A stretch of DNA of 64,000 nucleotides, from NCBI GenBank assembly GCA_012295275.1, contig CM022676.1, positions 5,890,001 to 5,954,000 on the forward strand. Direction: 5' to 3'. The notes below the pieces were generated by a model, which did not search any database, was not told the DNA's origin, and saw only the letters and a program-made list of their open reading frames with translations. A program made the translations under genes and the position numbers. Shown piece after piece: positions 28,009-42,569 of the stretch. This DNA comes from Chrysomallon squamiferum (Eukaryota; Animalia; Mollusca). The first letter of the stretch is position 1. Every line of letters starts with the position of its first letter.

Positions 28009-29217
28009 GTATGTACGTTTTGCCGTTTTAGTTTTTTAGTGGTTTTTTTGTGTTTTTCACCTTTTCTTCTTGTGTGGTTGTTAGCGGGTTTTTTGCTGCA
28101 ATTTGCTGGTAGTTAGTGTGACCTCCAGTGCATTTTGCAGGTGTCCAACTCATTGTGGAATGTAATCAGGCAGCAACCACTGAAGAATTGTTGTTTTTTT
28201 TTTTTTTTTAAGATCTTTCTTGCAATGTGATCAGTAATGATGTAGGTTTTTCGTCTTTTTCTTCTTCTTCGTATCCGAAAATGTTAGAAGATTTTGATGT
28301 TCTGAATGTGTGTGGCTGGTTTAGAGAATATGAGTGAGTGAGTGAGTGAGCCAGAGAGAGAGAGAGAGAGAGAAAAAGAAAGACAGAGAGAGAGAGAGAG
28401 AGAATGATAGAAATGAGAATGAGAGAGAATGAGAGAAAGAAAGAGATTATGATAGACTCAGGGAAAGAATGATAGAGAGAAAGAAAGAAAGAAAGAAAGA
28501 CAAAGAAAATGAGAAGAAGAAAGACCCAGAGAATGAGAGATAGAGAGCAAGAGACAGAATGGGAAAAAACAGAAAGAAAGAATCAGAGAGGCAGAGAGAG
28601 TGAATATACATATATATGTATACAATATGTGTTTATGTGTGTACTGTATATATACATATGCATGTATGTATGTATGTATTTATTTGTGTGAGTGTCATAT
28701 TTGTATGTGTACATGTTTGCATATACATATGTATGTCTGTGTGTTTGTATAGAATGTATCGAATAATAGATGAATGTGTATGTTAAAATACATTCCTTAT
28801 TATAAATATCTCTATTCAGAACAATGCCTCTTTCTACAATGACTTGAGGAAACAATGTATACATGTGTGTGTGTTTGAATATATATGTGTCAATGACCAT
28901 GATATAAAAAGCTATATACAGGTTGATTTATGGAAATGTCAGAAAAGTGAGATGGCTATATAAATATATATTTATTTATATATAAATATATATATATATA
29001 AATGGCTGTTATATATAAAACCAAAATTTAAATTATTGTTACTTTGTTTTCTGGAGGGCTGATATTTTTTTAGTATTTCAAAGTTCAACATGTAATTTTT
29101 TAAAATAATTCTATAGTCTTATGAGTTCAAGATATTTTTTTTTATATAAATTTCTAAAATTTCAGTTTTCTAGATAACAGCAAAATGGATTTGTTGGAAA
29201 CCTGTTAATATAAATAT

Positions 29218-29254
<37 letters not shown>

Positions 29255-29910
29255 ATTTGAATGGAAAAATAAATTAATAGCAGTTAATGGTTGTTGGTTA
29301 CATTTTTATTTTTTGTTTTTTAATTTGTTCTTTCTTTTTTATTTTTTATTTTTATTTTTTTTATTTTTTTGTCTGTTCCTTTAGTTACTTTTTCTTTTAT
29401 TCTTTCTTTCTCTTTTTTCATACTTTTCTTCCTTTTAATGATTCTATTTTTAAATATTTCTTTTTATTCATTCTTCTTTCTCTTTTTATTTTCCTGTTTT
29501 CTTTCTCCATTTTTCTCTCCACCTTCCATTCATTATCTTTCTTTTATTCCTTTTTTTTTTCTTCATTATTTCCTCATACATTTCTTCTTGCATTCCTTTT
29601 TTTCTTTTTTTTTTTTCTTTTTTTTTTAAATTCAAACCATATTTTTTTCTCTCTCTCTCCCTTTTTCCTTTGATTTCAACTTTCTTGGACATTTTGGCAA
29701 ATTTACAGTGTTATAAAAATAAGGATTTCAGGCTATTAAGAACATTTCAGTTTTTCTTTCAGTTTTCTCTTTCTTTTTTTTTCTCTTTTTTTTCACTTTC
29801 TTTTTTCTTGTTCTTGTTTTATCTTCTTGTTCTTTTGTTTTTCTTCTTTGAATAAAACCTTTTCTTCTTATTCTTTTTCTTCTAATGGGGTACATTCATT
29901 CTAATTTCCT

Positions 29911-29948
<38 letters not shown>

Positions 29949-30149
29949 GTTTTTGAGGGATAATTTTATTTCATACCCTTGTATCAGTGACACTTAACTA
30001 TTTAAGAGGGTATGTCATTGAAAAACTGTATTTTTAAATAACTGATGAATTTAATTTCATTTCTATATATAGGCATTTGATGTTACATAACCTATGCAAT
30101 ACCGAACTTAGTCATTTCATGTTGCTTACAGTAACCTACATAATACCAA

Positions 30150-31648
30150 TCTTAGTCAATGCCATTAAAATACCATTTTTTAAAATAACTAATATATTTT
30201 ATTGGGCTTCATACAGGAATATGATTTTGCTTATATTAACCTATACAAAATCAAAACTATTAAAATACAGTTGTTTTAAATAAATAATATATTTAATTGG
30301 GCTCCATGATATATACGCAATAATATGATTTTACTTACATTAACTCATACAAAGTCAATACCATTAAAATACCATTATTTTAAGTAATTAATATATATAA
30401 TTGAGCCTCATTATATATATAGGAATATGATTTTTACCTATATTAACTCATACAAAGCCAATACCATTAAAATACCATTATTTTAAATAATTAATATATT
30501 TAATTGGGTTTCATGATGTATATACAATAATATGATTTTTTACTTACATTAACTCATACAAAGTCATTACCATTAAAATACCATTATTTTAAGTAATTAA
30601 TATATTTAATTGGGCTTCATGATATATATACAATAACATGATTTTTACTTACATTATCCCATACAAAGTCAATACCATTAAAATACCATTATTTTAAATA
30701 ATTAATATATTTTATTGGGCTCCATAATATAAATAAGAATATGATTTTTACTTAGATTAAGCTATACAAAATCAAAACTATTAAAATACAGTTGTTTTAA
30801 ATAAATAATATATTTAATTGGGCTCCATGATATATACGCAATAATATGATTTTACTTACATTAACTCATACAAAGTCAATACCATTAAAATACCATTATT
30901 TTAAGTAATTAATATATATAATTGAGCCTCATTATATATATAGGAATATGATTTTTACCTATATTAACTCATACAAAGCCAATACCATTGTATTAAATAA
31001 TTAATATATTTAATTGGGCTTCATGATATATATATAATAATATGATTTTACTTACATTAACCCATACAAAGCCAATACCATTAAAATACCATTATTTCAA
31101 ATAATTAATATATTTTATTGGGCCCTATGATATACATACGATAATATAGTTTTACTTACAATAACCTACACAAAAATAAGACTAATAAAATATCATTATT
31201 TAAATTAATCAATATAATTAATTGGGTTCTATGATATATATATACACATATAGGGACATGATTCTTACTTAGATTAACCCATACAAAATCAAGACCATTA
31301 TTTTAAATAATTAATATATTTTATTGGGCTCTATGATATACATACAATAATATAATTTTAGTTACAATAACCTACACAAAGATTAGACTAATAAAATATC
31401 ATTATTTAAAATAATCAATATGATGAATTGGGTTCTGTGATATATATATATAGGGATATGATTCTTACTTAGATTAACCCTTTTAAAGTCAATACCATTA
31501 AAATACCATTATTTTAAATAATTAATATATTTTATTGGGCTCTTTGATATACATACAATAATATAATTTTACTTACAATAACCTACACAAAGATTAGACT
31601 AATAAAATATCATTATTTAAATTAATCAATATGATTAATTGGGTTCTA

Positions 31649-31684
<36 letters not shown>

Positions 31685-31850
31685 ATATGATTGTTACTTA
31701 GATTAACCCATACAATGTCTAGACCATTAAAATACCATTATTTAAAATAATCAATATGATTAATTGGGTTCTATGATCATATATATAGGGATATGATTGT
31801 TACTTAGATTAACCCTTTCAAAGTCAAGACCATTAAAATACCATTACTTC
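30150..31850 (+). repeat. AT-rich ~103-bp satellite (~16 units) with higher-order structure
   Basis: attggg(c/t) recurs about every 103 bp; ~30243-30465 repeated at ~30763-30988; alternating two-unit pattern from ~31100. Confidence 0.95.
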
Positions 31851-32517
31851 CCATTGCTAACAACATTTGCTCATATTTACATGTACACATGTTAGCTTTT
31901 GCTTTGGTCTATTCCTGTTTATATTTATGTACATTAGTTGCAGTAAACTATGTCTGTGACACACACGGTTGTCAGGGGTGACAGTCACATGACAGAACAC
32001 ATTATGGGGTGACTTTGATGTGACAAAGTTGCTTTGTTCAAGTCCTTTTTGCGTGACAGTTTTTTTTATCCTCAGAACATGACCCTATTTGTTACTACAC
32101 GTCTAACCGTTATTGGTTGTTTGGAAGATATTATTTTTATTTTTGTGGTTGTTTGTTTTTTTTGTTGTTTTTTTGAGAAAAAAAAAATTAGAAAAAAATA
32201 AGAAGAGAAATGAAATTGTTTAATCGTTCTACAAGTTTTATGTGTGTTTTCGTTTTTCTTATTTATTTCTTACTTAATTTTTGTTTTATTTTTGTGTCGG
32301 ATTTTTATTTATTTATTTTATCAGTTTATGTTTTTTTGTTGTTTTTTTAAATTATATGTGTTTTTCCTATTTTTTTAAATTTTATTTGCTTTTTGTTAAA
32401 AAAATTTTTTATTGAATTTATTCGTTTTATTTTATTTTGTTTACTGAATTCATTTTTTGTTTAATTTTATTTAATTTAATTTTATTTAATTTATTTTATT
32501 TTATTGTTTCATTTCAT

Positions 32518-32552
<35 letters not shown>

Positions 32553-33284
32553 TTGTATCAATATATTTATTTATTTTCATAAATTATATATTTATTTATT
32601 TCATTTTATATTATTTATTTATTTTTTATTTATTTGTTTGTTTATTTGTCTCTAGATTTTGTTTCTGACTAAATATCTTATTACAGCCTTTCCTGTCATA
32701 TCTTTTTCTTCTTCTTTCTTTCTTTCTTTCTTTCCTTTAACTTCACAGCATAATAACTTATTACCTGTATATTTATATTTTCTTGTTTTTTCTTCTTCCT
32801 CATTTTTCTTGTTTTTCTTATCTTTTCTCTCCCTTCCTTACAACAAAAACTCATGGCATAATTTGTTATCTGTTTACTATCTGTTACATTGAAAAAAAAA
32901 AAAAGAAGAAGAAGAAGAAGAAGAAGAAAAAAAACAATAATTACTTCTAAACTAATTTGCTGGTAATATTTTCTTTACAACAAGTAGCACTAATGCCTAT
33001 TTCCCAGCCTGATAATAAGCTAATATTTGCATGGTTGTTTAGCAAACGGTATTTTAAATAATTTTTCCATTTGGTGTGTGTCACAAGAAATTATAGCAAC
33101 TGCAGATAATATTATCTTTACTACTTTTATCTATAATGCAAGAGTACAGCTAGTCATAAGCTTATATTTATTTATTTGTTTACGTATTCATTTATTTAAT
33201 TATTTATTTATTTATTTATTTATTCATTTATTTATTTAATTATTTATTTATTTAACTATTCATTTATTTATAAATTAATTTTTT

Positions 33285-34215
33285 AATATCTGTTTTGAAC
33301 TGGAGACATTCAAAACAAAAATTTTAAAACTAATTTTTATAAAGTGTTCATAGTTGTTTTGTAAGCAGTATAGTTTACTTCACTAAATCTATTATTAATT
33401 CGGCCATGTTTGTTGTGTCACCATTTTTTGTTTCGTTTATCTACAGTTTTTTTTTTTCATCATTAGCTTTGGATGTGGTCCCATTCTGTAATCTATACTT
33501 AGATATTTAGCAAGTAACATAGTTATTTTAATTGCTCTAACTATTTTTTTTCCCCGTTTATTTCTGTGTTAAAGATTTATAAAAAAAAAAAGGGTAGCCA
33601 TTTGCAATGGATGTAATCCAGTGATTGCTGGTTTTATAACTAATTGTACATAGTTTTTAGCAAATAGTACAGCTACTTTACTGATTTAGTTAATTTATAT
33701 TCAGTCTTTCATATTTTTTTTGATTTTTTTTTTTGTTCTTGTTTTTATTTCTGTTTTTCCAATTGTCTGGCTGCTGTTTTTGTTTTTTTTCCCGATTTGT
33801 ACTGGACGCAATCCAAAGATTTCAGACAAACTATTTATAAAGTGTAGACAGTTTTCTTGTAAGTAGTATAGTTGAGTTTACTCATTTAGCTAATTCTGCA
33901 AAATTTATTTATCTATTTTTTAAATTTATTTATTTATTTATTTTTAATTTAAAAAAATTTCTTTAACCAATTTTTGTTTTCAGTATCTGTGGGTATCTTT
34001 TGGTGTTTTTTTTTTTTTTTTTTAGATATAATCAAAATCTTTTCAGACTTCATAAAAACTATATGTTTTGATAATAGTACATTACATAATTCATAATTCA
34101 ATTAATTCAGCTGTATCGGTTTTCCTATTGTTTTTCCTATTTATTATTATTTTTTTTTATTTTTTTTTTTTTTCTATTTATATTTGATACAAGCCGAACA
34201 TTGTCAGTTCAGCCA
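33285..34215 (+). repeat. Degenerate local duplications
   Basis: tttataaagtgt...ttgtaag(c/t)agtatagtt at ~33335-33375 and ~33833-33873, plus weaker copies. Confidence 0.6.
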
Positions 34216-35457
34216 TTTTTTTTTCTTTCAAACTTTTGTGTACAGATAATGATTTTCTGTTTACATTGTGAAAAAGATCTCTTAATACTAAATTGGTTCT
34301 TACTGTTTTGTTTTAGATTGTACAGAAAATATGTGTAGTGATTTCTGTACAAATCACAATGTTAGTTTGTAATTGTTAACTAGTTAGTTAGTAAATAGTA
34401 TTAAATACACAGATATGCTGCATACATACATACATACATTTACACATTTGCAGAGAGATATACATATATACAAAAATGTATACATACATAAATACATACA
34501 CATATTCACATATACACACATACATACATATATACATATATACATGTATACACACATATACTTTTATATATACATACATATATATACATACATACACACA
34601 TACACACATACATACATACTAATATACAATCAAAACCACCTACAACATTACAAACGAATCTTCAATCTCTTTAACCCACAACACTTTCAACCATTATTTT
34701 ACAACAACCTATTATTTACCCAGAACACAATCAATCAAAAAATAAAAATACAAAAAAACAAAAAAAAATTATTTTATTTTAATTATATTTTACACCAGAT
34801 AATAATATTTTTTTCCCAATCAACCCAACCAAAACCTCATCTAACTCAATCGAGACCCCCCCCCCCCCCCCTGCCCTCCCCCCACGCGTTTTATTAGCAA
34901 AATCTAAAAAAACTGGCTGTTTTAGAAGAGACGACGACGACGGCACACTACGTACCTCTTTAATAAACAAAGTCAATCATCATGCAGTTTCAATCATCAT
35001 TCATCAAGCGTGGAGACATTACAGCAACCTGAGATGAATAAAGAGTCGTTTTTCAGTGGCTTGTGCTTAGTTTAGTTTAGTTTAGTCCTTGCTGTGCTGT
35101 GTTGGAGAAGAAACTAAATGGTTGGTGGTGGAGAGGGTTTTTTAATGTCTGTTTTACTACGGGCTGGAAGATTCAGAGCCAGTGTTTTCCCATCAGTGCT
35201 TGGAAGAAGTCTTGCCGAATAACACAGTTAATTGTGTAGAGAGATAGTGTGATAGGTTGTGATTACAAATTGCTGTAGTAGAGAGAGTGTGTGTGTGTGT
35301 GTGTGTGTGTGTGGAGAAGAAATGAGATGAGATGAGATGGATTGTGGGGTCCAATCCTTGTTGTGGTATTTATTGTGATAGTGGGTTTTAGGGGTATTGT
35401 GTGTATATGGGTTTTGGTTTATTGGTGATTTTCTGTGAATTGTTTAGTGTTTGGTTC

Positions 35458-35459
35458 TC

Positions 35460-35538
<79 letters not shown>

Positions 35539-35547
35539 GTATGTATG

Positions 35548-35620
<73 letters not shown>

Positions 35621-35621
35621 G

Positions 35622-35670
<49 letters not shown>

Positions 35671-35700
35671 CTATGTATATATGTTTATGTAAGTGTATAT
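35458..35700. repeat. (GT)n-(TA)n microsatellite
   Basis: Direct reading. Confidence 0.97.
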
Positions 35701-38300
35701 ATACACAAATACACATATACACTTATACATACACATAAAAGTAATATATTACATGCATAGACAAACAATACATAGTCATACATACATAAATATATTACAC
35801 AGATGCACACATTCAAAGAGATTAGGAAAATTCAGAAAGAAATATTCAAACAAGAGAGAGCGAGAGAGAAGGAGAGAGAGACAGAAAGAAAGAGATAGCT
35901 AGAGAGAGAGAGAGAGAGTGAGAAATGGCTAGAGAGAGAGACCAATTAAACACTGAAAGAAACAGACTGAGGTTCTGAAAAAGACTGAGAAAGAAGTCAA
36001 TGAAAAAGCACCTACTAATAACACTAGAGAGAGAGAGAGATAGGTCTGTGTTGTGTATATTAAGGATGTGATATACTGTTAGTGATGAAGTTGATGGCCC
36101 CACGTGTTAAACCCAGGGCTTAGTGCGAAGAATAAAGGCTCTGTCACACTAGATAATAAATTGAGATGCTGACTAAACCGAGACCAGGTCGTGTTACAGC
36201 TGAACAGAGGGGTGATTGTCATCGTAAACAGTTTATTTATTGGTCATCATTTGTAGCTCCTTACAGCCTGGCAGCTCAGCTTAGGAGCTGGCTCCTAGAT
36301 CTGTGATAAAAGTGAAGCAATCAGTATCTCTGCATACGTAATGTGAGATTTTGTTTTTTAAATCCATAAATACATCATTATATCTCTGTTTCACACACAC
36401 ACACACACACATACATGGACTTTGTCATTATTATTCCAATTTCAGTTATTTTCATTTTCCCTTTCTTCGTTTGATTTTCCCCATTTTCCCTGTGTTATTT
36501 ACCCATTATATTATCCCTTTTCACACAAAAACACACACACACACACACACATACACAAACACACACACACAGACACACACACACACACTTGTAAAACCAC
36601 AGCATTTATACGTGTGTATGATTGTGTGTGTCTATATACATACATACATACGCACACACACATATGTATAAATTATGTGATTTTTATCTTCTGTTTCATG
36701 CGTATCCTATGTTATGCTATGCAATACTATGCCGTGTTATATCATGTTATTCTATGCTATGCCATGCTATGTTTGTATTATGCTATTGTTAACCTTGGGG
36801 AGCCATTCCATGCAGTACTGTACTCTGCTTTTAGTGTGCCATGCTTTTGATATGCCATCCTTAGTTAAGTCAGTATCTTGGTATGTTTTTTGTTGTGTTT
36901 TTTTTTTGATTTTGTAATTGTGGCAACATACTCTGAAGTTTGGGGTTTCTTTGCTGTTTTACAAAAACTTTTCTGTGCCAAGGTTCTAAACACAAGGATG
37001 TCATCAGAATTTAAGTTAAATCAAAATAAAAAATTATTATTACACCTTTAACTTACAAACAGAGGTCATGGTGATAATCAAGGTCATAATATTTTTTTTT
37101 TTTATAATATAAAAAATAAAAAGAGAGTTAAAGCTGAAGAGACAAATGACATATTAAACCCTTGTTCAGCCATGTTTGTTTCAGAGTGTTTGATACAAGC
37201 TGTTAGCTCCCCACACACTGCAATTATATCAACATTATCTGATTCCTGGGACAAAAAAAAACTTAATTTCACCAATCCCTAGTCAGACACGATTTTCCTT
37301 TGACTTTCATCCCAGATGACAACAAAAGTTCTAATTGATGCACCTTGTAATCCCCTTCCTAATCCCTATCACAACAGGTGGTGGTGGTGTGGGGGGGTCT
37401 TAAGCAGCGCTTAACTCCTCTTATACGAACTCTTCATGATTGGAGGTCAGAAAACGGCCCATAGCAACGGTTTCCGTCTTTTTGACTGAAAGTAAAATAT
37501 TATTGTAATTCAGTATGATAGTTTTATTAATTCTTTTTTTTTTTTTTTTTTTTAAATAAAAATATCTCAAGGCTTGTTTTTTTTTTTTTTCCCCAAAAAG
37601 GGGAATATTTGTGTTTTTAAAAATCTCCTTATATCTTGTTTAAAGTTGAAACAAAAGTTTTGTCGAAGAGGAATGTGGAAAGTAATTTAAGCAGACATTT
37701 TGTATTTTTTGGGGGGGAAAAAAACCAGAAAGGTAGTATTGCATTATAATGAGAGTTTTAAAATCTGCTTAAATATAATAATCATAAAGTGAAAACAAAT
37801 AAACGGGCTTAGAGAAACCATTAGTTCAGTGAACCCTGGGGGAAAACATTGACTGAAGGTTCAAGCACGGTTGTTATGGGTTCATGAAACTGGGGAGAGA
37901 GAGGTGAATTCAAAAATAGCTTCAGTGTAAGGAAACTTGGGTTGAGAGAAAAAAAATAATGTTTTTTGGGGTAAAAGGGATAAAAGTAAAGAAAATAATG
38001 AATAGGAAACAAAAATATAAATGTTTTATGTTCTGTAGGAAGAGAATAACAATAATAATAATGATTATGATGATGATGATGATAACAGTAATAATAATAG
38101 TAGCAATAATAATAACAGTAACTGTAACAATAACAATAACAATAACATGCTGCTGCTACTGCTATTTCTGTATATAACAATTATAATAATATGATATAAT
38201 GGTAATAATAATGGTGGTATAAAAGTAATAAAAATAGTAATAAAGGTAATAATGATGATAGTACTAGTAGTAATAATAGTATATAATAATAAAAGTACAA

Positions 38301-38344
<44 letters not shown>

Positions 38345-39269
38345 GTAATAGCAATAATAGAGATGATGATGATGATGATGATGTTTAAGCTTTGGAATTG
38401 GGGACAATTATTATAGAAAAATTATTTTATGTGGGGAATCATGATTAATTATTAATGAAGAAAGTGAATTTATTTTTTCTTGGGGAAGAAGGTAAATTAT
38501 TTTTCCAAGGGGGTGGAGATATTTGTGAATGGGGCAAAAATTAGTGTTCCTGGGGTGAAGGGGGATTATGAATGGACAGAAAAATTTAAAATAAATTTTA
38601 AAACAGATATCATTAAATTTGAATTTTTAAAACATTTTGTATTTGATTAATGAAAGGTTTAAAAATGTGACATAGTTTTGAAATGTTATTTTTTTTTTTT
38701 AAATGATTTTAATTAAAGATTTTTGTTTTCTATTATTATTTCACATTTAATAATTTTTATTTTAGTATGAATAAAATTTTAAAATAAATTTTAAAAAAGC
38801 TCATTAATTTTTTTTTAAAACATTTTTAATTAATCTTTAAAAGGTTTTATTATTAAATTGTTTTCATTTTGGTTCAATGTCACATTTAATAATTTTATTT
38901 TAGTTTTTTTTTTTCAGTTTTAATTTCAAATTGTTTTGGTTTTATTCAAAATCAAATTTTATTTTTTTTTTTAGTTTAATTGAAATTTTAAAATTCATGT
39001 CATCATTTTTCATTATGTACCTCAAATATTTTTATAAATTTTTCTTTTAATTTAATTTAATGTTTTAAATTCAAGTCTTTTTATATTTTTATTATTAACT
39101 TTTTCAAACTTTTCTTTTAATTGATGTTTCAGTATTTAACTGATGTTTTTTTTATTATCACCATCATTACTATTATCATCATCATCATCATCATCATTAC
39201 TATCATCATAGAAATAGCAATAGTAGTAATAACAAAAAACAGACATGCAATAACTTAATCAATCAATCA

Positions 39270-39660
39270 TAATCTATAACAATAATAATCTATTATGACC
39301 TTAGAAAAGAAATTACCTATACATTAATAACAACAGTGACCTAAGTATTAACAAAAATGACCTATCTATTTAATAACAAAAGTCACCTATCTATTAATAA
39401 TAAAAATCTATTAAGGTATATATCCGTTTACAACAGTAAACCATTTATTAACAAAAGAAATCATTTATTAACAAAAGAAACCTATCTATTGACAACACAA
39501 TAACATAATTTATGTTTTAATAACAATAACCTATGCACTGGTAACAACATAAATGACCTTTCCACAAAACAACACTAATGACCTATCTATCAGGACTCAC
39601 CAGAAACAACAACAACAACAACAACAACAACACCAACACCGACAACCCATCTATTAACAG
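39270..39660 (+). repeat. Degenerate ~25-bp array, unit tgacctatctattaacaa
   Basis: TGACCT at ~39296, 39337, 39358, 39554, 39579; cctatctatt recurs. Confidence 0.7.
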
Positions 39661-39739
39661 CTGTTGACACAATCTCAGTTCCTCTCACTCAACTTATGAC
39701 GTAACCGAAAGATAATTCAGTCCATTTTTATGGCCTCGC

Positions 39740-39758
39740 TGACACCAGAGGGCGCCAC
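39740..39758 (+). promoter_or_regulatory. CTCF-like motif
   Basis: tgacACCAGAGGGCGCcac closely matches the bilaterian CTCF core CCACCAGGGGGCGC. Confidence 0.55.
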
Positions 39759-39769
39759 TTACTTCCTCT

Positions 39770-39801
<32 letters not shown>

Positions 39802-40642
39802 CAGTAACCTGCCAGTTTCCAGTGTCTGGTGGAACATTTAAAAATGTCTGATACTACATGGGCAACAAAAAGATGTGTTGTAATTTCTAACACCACACAC
39901 CCCCTCCCCATCTGGTAAATGGTCAATAGATCCACTTTAATGACCGGTGAAATGACCAGTGAAATGACCCATTCATAAAGCCGTTTGGCATTTAGCAGGT
40001 TGTAAAAGTTACTGTGGAGGAATTCAAGTAGCCACTGGGAATAAATTAACATAAATTAAACATAAATTAAACATAAATTAAAACAGTGGGTTAGATTGAC
40101 AGCAGTCTGAAAGTGAATTTGGCGTTTGACAGATTACAGTGTTAAGTTGCTTCTGATGCTGTTTTCTCATTTTGATTGTTATTTGTTATTTGAGATTATT
40201 AGTTTTATTGGTGGTAGTGGTGGTAGTTGTGGTGGTTGTAGTAGTAGAAGCAGGAGTAGTAGTAGTAGTAGAAGTTAATAATGTTATTTGTATTAATTAC
40301 TGCCACTGTTTTTGTTACCGTTCTTGGTGTCATTACTACTACTACTACTACTACAACTATTATCATTATACTACTATTGCTATTGCTAATACTACTACTA
40401 TTCCTATGGTTGTTATTGTTGTAATTATTATTATTGTCACTACTGTTACTATTGTTATTGTTATGGCTACTATTATTATTATAGCTGTAACCATTAATAT
40501 ATCTACTATTACTGCTGCTACTACTACTACTACTACTGCTGCTGATGCTTATTTTTTTACTGTAATTTGTTATTGTTACTATAATTTGTTATTATTATTA
40601 TTGTTATTTTGTCAAAGAATGAGCATAAAAGAACAAATAATT

Positions 40643-40680
<38 letters not shown>

Positions 40681-40859
40681 AAAGAAATAATTTTATAACA
40701 AAATCAATTACCAAGATGGAATGAAAGAATATAATCAGAGAAAGAAAAAAGAGAGAAAAAAACAAGCAAAAAAAACCTCTTCAAGACACTGACAGAAAGA
40801 ATGACATACTCAAAGACAGAAAGAATGACAGACAGACACACACACCACACACACACGGA

Positions 40860-41400
40860 ATCAGAGTCAAAATTAGCGACCCACTGACGAATCAACATCA
40901 CACCTTTACGACACCTGGGTGAAAAAGTCATTTGTTAAAGAAAAACAAACAGTTGCAGATCAGAGACACAAAGTCGAATCAACAGACTGTGTCGTCAAAA
41001 TAACCGTTTTCACTCGAACTTCACACAGGACAGCAAACAGCGACAGGGTCCACACTGGGGGGGATCAGCGAGGGAGTCCACACAGGGGAGGGGGGAACAG
41101 AAAGGACGAGCTCTGAAGACTTACAAAAAAAAAGTCTGGCGGAGTTAAGCTATGAAAAAATGTCTGAGATGTGTCGTAGCGACAGTTATCGGTGTTGACC
41201 GATGTTTGAAAAATGTTTTTCGAAATTAAATTTGTGTTAACTTTTCTAAAGTGCTCTGTAAACAAGGAGACGTGGTGGTTGGCGGTGTTAGCGTGGGGAC
41301 AGCATCATCCTGGCGAGACACTTGTCGCCAGTTTGTGGACTCGCATGAGTCGAGAGGAAACCTGCGACAGACCGGCGAGTTAAAACTAAAACATGTCCGT
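40860..41400 (+). promoter_or_regulatory. CpG-rich island, possible alternative first exon
   Basis: High CpG density; several short perfect hairpins; ends aaacATGTCC|gtgcgt (ATG 41393, GT 41399). Confidence 0.35.
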
Positions 41401-41689
41401 GCGTACATACATACATACATACATACATACATACATACATACATTACATACACACACAGAGCCTGTTTCTGTTCTGGTAAATGTCATTTCTGAAAATGTA
41501 ATTGTTCTGATTCGTGCTGTTGAATTAATAAACAAAAATTCTCACTCCCATTTTTATTAAAAAAAAAATATTTTTAAAGTTTTGAAATAGTTCTTACTCC
41601 TCTAACTTTTGGTTTTCTTTCTCTCTGTTTTTCATTCTCTGTGTCCTTTTTTCATTATCTTTCCCATGTTTTTCTGTGTCCTTTTATTT

Positions 41690-41690
41690 A

Positions 41691-41743
<53 letters not shown>

Positions 41744-41962
41744 TCTACATCACTTTGTCTACAGCTCTTCCCTCTCACCTCATCAACACTTCTCAAGGCG
41801 TGTCTTCAACCCTGCAGCCACCCCTCAGGCAAAACCAGCTTTTCACAGCTTCCCTGTGTGTCAAATTACATTCCTTTCTCCACAGGGGATAATCCTTTTA
41901 TGTTGTTCTCTCTTTCTGTCTGTCTCTTTCTCTTGATCTCTGTCTATCTCTCTCTGACTGTC

Positions 41963-42019
<57 letters not shown>

Positions 42020-42133
42020 ACTTCCTCTATTTTACCCTCTCTCTCTTTCTCTCTTCTCCTTTCAGTACTTTCAGCCCCTCTTTCAAATCCCTACAACAAC
42101 TGTAACCGAGTCAAAACCCTTTCATGTTATTTC

Positions 42134-42209
<76 letters not shown>

Positions 42210-42318
42210 CTCTATCCTCTATTTTACCCCTATTTTTCACTTTACTCCTCTCAGTCACGTCCCCACCCCTGGGGCAAAAACCAGCTTTCCACAAATTCCT
42301 TTGTATCAAAATACACTA
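41690..42318 (+). repeat. Degenerate direct duplication ~450 bp apart
   Basis: cacccctcaggcaaaaccagcttttcaca (~41819) vs cacccctggggcaaaaaccagctttccaca (~42264), each preceded by (CT)n. Confidence 0.8.
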
Positions 42319-42569
42319 GGTCCCACCCCCATGCCCCCCCCCCATCCTGTCAGTTGATAACAATTCACACCAGAGAGAGAGAGAGAGAGAGTCCTCTTCT
42401 TTTATTGTTATTTAAGTCTTCAATTTATCTTCGGACTTTTTCTTCCTTATCTTCTTCTGTTTGTCTTCAGTAAACCTCATTACGTAATCTAACAGAGTGT
42501 TGCATTGTCAGCTCCGATGCTGGTGGGAAAATTTTGGCGTCTGCCTGTTTGTTCAAATAGCAGAGGATT

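Noticed and set aside
28156-28170. miR-1-like TGGAATGTAA
   Set aside because: Only the first 10 nt match and there is no hairpin
41127-41489. Minus-strand exon (acceptor ~41490, GTAAGT donor ~41126)
   Set aside because: Would include a (TATG)n microsatellite; no consistent series of minus-strand exons found, though a minus-strand transcript cannot be excluded
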